A stretch of DNA of 16,643 nt from the NCBI GenBank assembly GCA_013331805.1, contig DUFS01000017.1, forward strand, positions 1 through 16,643, given 5' to 3'. This stretch comes from Candidatus Micrarchaeota archaeon (GTDB taxonomy: Archaea > Micrarchaeota > Micrarchaeia > Anstonellales > Anstonellaceae). Positions 15,268-16,643 of the stretch are shown piece after piece. The translations under genes were made by a program, and so were the position numbers. The notes beneath the pieces were generated by a model, which was not told where the DNA came from, did no database searches, and was given only the letters and a program-made list of their open reading frames with translations. Positions within the stretch are counted from its first letter, which is position 1. Each line of letters opens with the position of its first letter.

Positions 15268-15948
15268 ATGGGGGAGGCAAAAAGGGGCGTGGCAATTCTG
15301 GTGCCGGTGTCAGACTCGGTGCCCGGGCTTTTCGTGCATGCGTTTGCCAATGCCTATGTTTCCATAATCTCAAAGGGCCTCGCGCTGACCACGTTCGTGA
15401 ACGAGGCGGTCCCGCTTGAGAAGTCCCGCGAGCGGCTTTTTTCCGATGCGCTTTCCATGGAGCCCGAGCTTTCATACATCCTTTGGCTGGATGCCGACAT
15501 GCTGGTGAACTCCGGCCACGTGGGAAAGCTCATAGATTTCATGGACTCGCACCCTGAGGCCGACGCGGCGACCGCGCTTTACTTTCGGAAGTCCACTTAT
15601 GAGCCCCTGTGCTACAGGCGCCTTGCCAAAGGGGGCGAAACCAAGGTGCCGCTCGAATCCTTCATGCCCGAAGGAAGCGAGGCTGCCGAGGTGGACGCTG
15701 CGGGCCTGGGCTGCATGCTCATCCGCACGCGCTCAGTCAAGGAGAAACTGCTCCCGTCGCTTCAGGGCAGGAAAAGGATTTTCTGGTTCGACCCGGACGG
15801 GCATTCAGAGGACATTAATTTCTGCCTGCTCATGAGGAACGCGGGCATGAGGCTGTTTGCACTCCCGGAAGTCTCAGTTCCCCACGCAGGAGGGTTCGTC
15901 TCGCGCTGGCACTATGAGAAAAAGAAGGAGGACGGGAAGCCTCAGTAG
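15268..15948 (+). CDS. GT-A fold glycosyltransferase-like protein
   Basis: YILWLDADM (DxD), EVDAAGLGCMLI and SEDINFC motifs. Confidence 0.85.
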   Translation: MGEAKRGVAILVPVSDSVPGLFVHAFANAYVSIISKGLALTTFVNEAVPLEKSRERLFSDALSMEPELSYILWLDADMLVNSGHVGKLIDFMDSHPEADAATALYFRKSTYEPLCYRRLAKGGETKVPLESFMPEGSEAAEVDAAGLGCMLIRTRSVKEKLLPSLQGRKRIFWFDPDGHSEDINFCLLMRNAGMRLFALPEVSVPHAGGFVSRWHYEKKKEDGKPQ

Positions 15949-16235
15949 GGGTTGCCCTTGTCCTGCTGGAATTCAGACTGCAGGTCCTGCCAGGTCTTTC
16001 CGGCGTCGCTTGAGGATTTCTCCCGCTTCTCCTTGCAGCGCATTGCGTCATCGTCCTTGCCGAGTTTCCTGAAGAGCGCCTCAGCCTTGCCGTACGCGGC
16101 CGCCTTCTCGAACGCGGCTGCCGCCTCGTATTCCATGCCTGCCTTGATGTAATAATCAGCAGCTTTAACGAAAAGCTGCTTTGATTCCAACGACTTCGCG
16201 CGGGCCAAAAGCCTTCCTATTTCCTGGTCGCCCAT
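15942..16235 (-). CDS. Small helical-repeat (TPR-like) protein
   Basis: KAADYYIKAG / AAAAFEKAA / KAEALFRKLG repeats. Confidence 0.75.
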   Translation of the reverse strand: MGDQEIGRLLARAKSLESKQLFVKAADYYIKAGMEYEAAAAFEKAAAYGKAEALFRKLGKDDDAMRCKEKREKSSSDAGKTWQDLQSEFQQDKGNPY

Positions 16236-16643
16236 CTACTTCCTCTTCCTGAAAAATGCGAATCCCCCTGCAAGGCCGATGAGCGCGATTGGCAGGCAGC
16301 AGCAGGAAAGCGCGTTGCTTGCTCCGGCTGTTCCGCTTTCATTTTCAGAAGGGCTGCCTCCCAGCGTGTCCACCCCTCCCAATCCGCCGAGGACCGGGGC
16401 AGAGCACTGCTTGCCCACCGGACTCAATCCTTCGGGGCAGCCGCAGGTTGGAGCGTCATCAAGGAGATAGCCGTTGGTGCACTTCTTTGGCTTGGTAGCA
16501 GAGCACTTGCCGTCCTCTGTCCCGTCCGAGCAGACAATCGCGCAAGTTTCACCCACCTTGGTCTTGCCTGCAGAGCAGCCGCATTCTGATGCCTTGTCCA
16601 CGAGGGCGCCATTCACGCACTTCTTGCCCTTCTTGGGGGAGCA
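16236..16643 (-). CDS. Cys-rich surface protein with C-terminal TM anchor (5'-truncated by window)
   Basis: The frame stays open to the window edge. Repeats CSDGT..GKCS..KPKKC.NG.L.D.A..CGC; C-terminal CCCLP + hydrophobic segment + RKRK. Confidence 0.8.
   Translation of the reverse strand, partial: CSPKKGKKCVNGALVDKASECGCSAGKTKVGETCAIVCSDGTEDGKCSATKPKKCTNGYLLDDAPTCGCPEGLSPVGKQCSAPVLGGLGGVDTLGGSPSENESGTAGASNALSCCCLPIALIGLAGGFAFFRKRK

Overview
Archaeal window. The GGTGA-type ribosome-binding sites, TATA boxes and gene style suggest a DPANN/Micrarchaeota-like host, which is an inference. It begins at the 3' end of a tRNA gene, immediately followed by a tyrosine integrase with a C-terminal zinc ribbon. 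The tRNA 3'-end core CCCGGTCGGGGCG occurs five times in direct orientation (12-24, 8184-8196, 8276-8288, 12600-12612, 14781-14793), and a sixth junction near 13970 keeps the flanking arm but has a decayed core. These sites divide ~14.8 kb of accessory DNA into five units: (A) an ~8.2 kb integrase element with RHH/HTH regulators, Zn-ribbon and surface proteins; (B) a 92-bp hairpin-only unit; (C) a 4.3 kb unit with AlbA_2/Schlafen-HATPase and DUF6155-like genes; (D) a methyltransferase-like unit; (E) a NYN nuclease unit. Units B-E have no integrase, and C-E share conserved end sequences at near-fixed spacing from the core. This suggests a tRNA-anchored, integron-like cassette array served by one integrase. 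GC-rich host-like genes resume after 14794.
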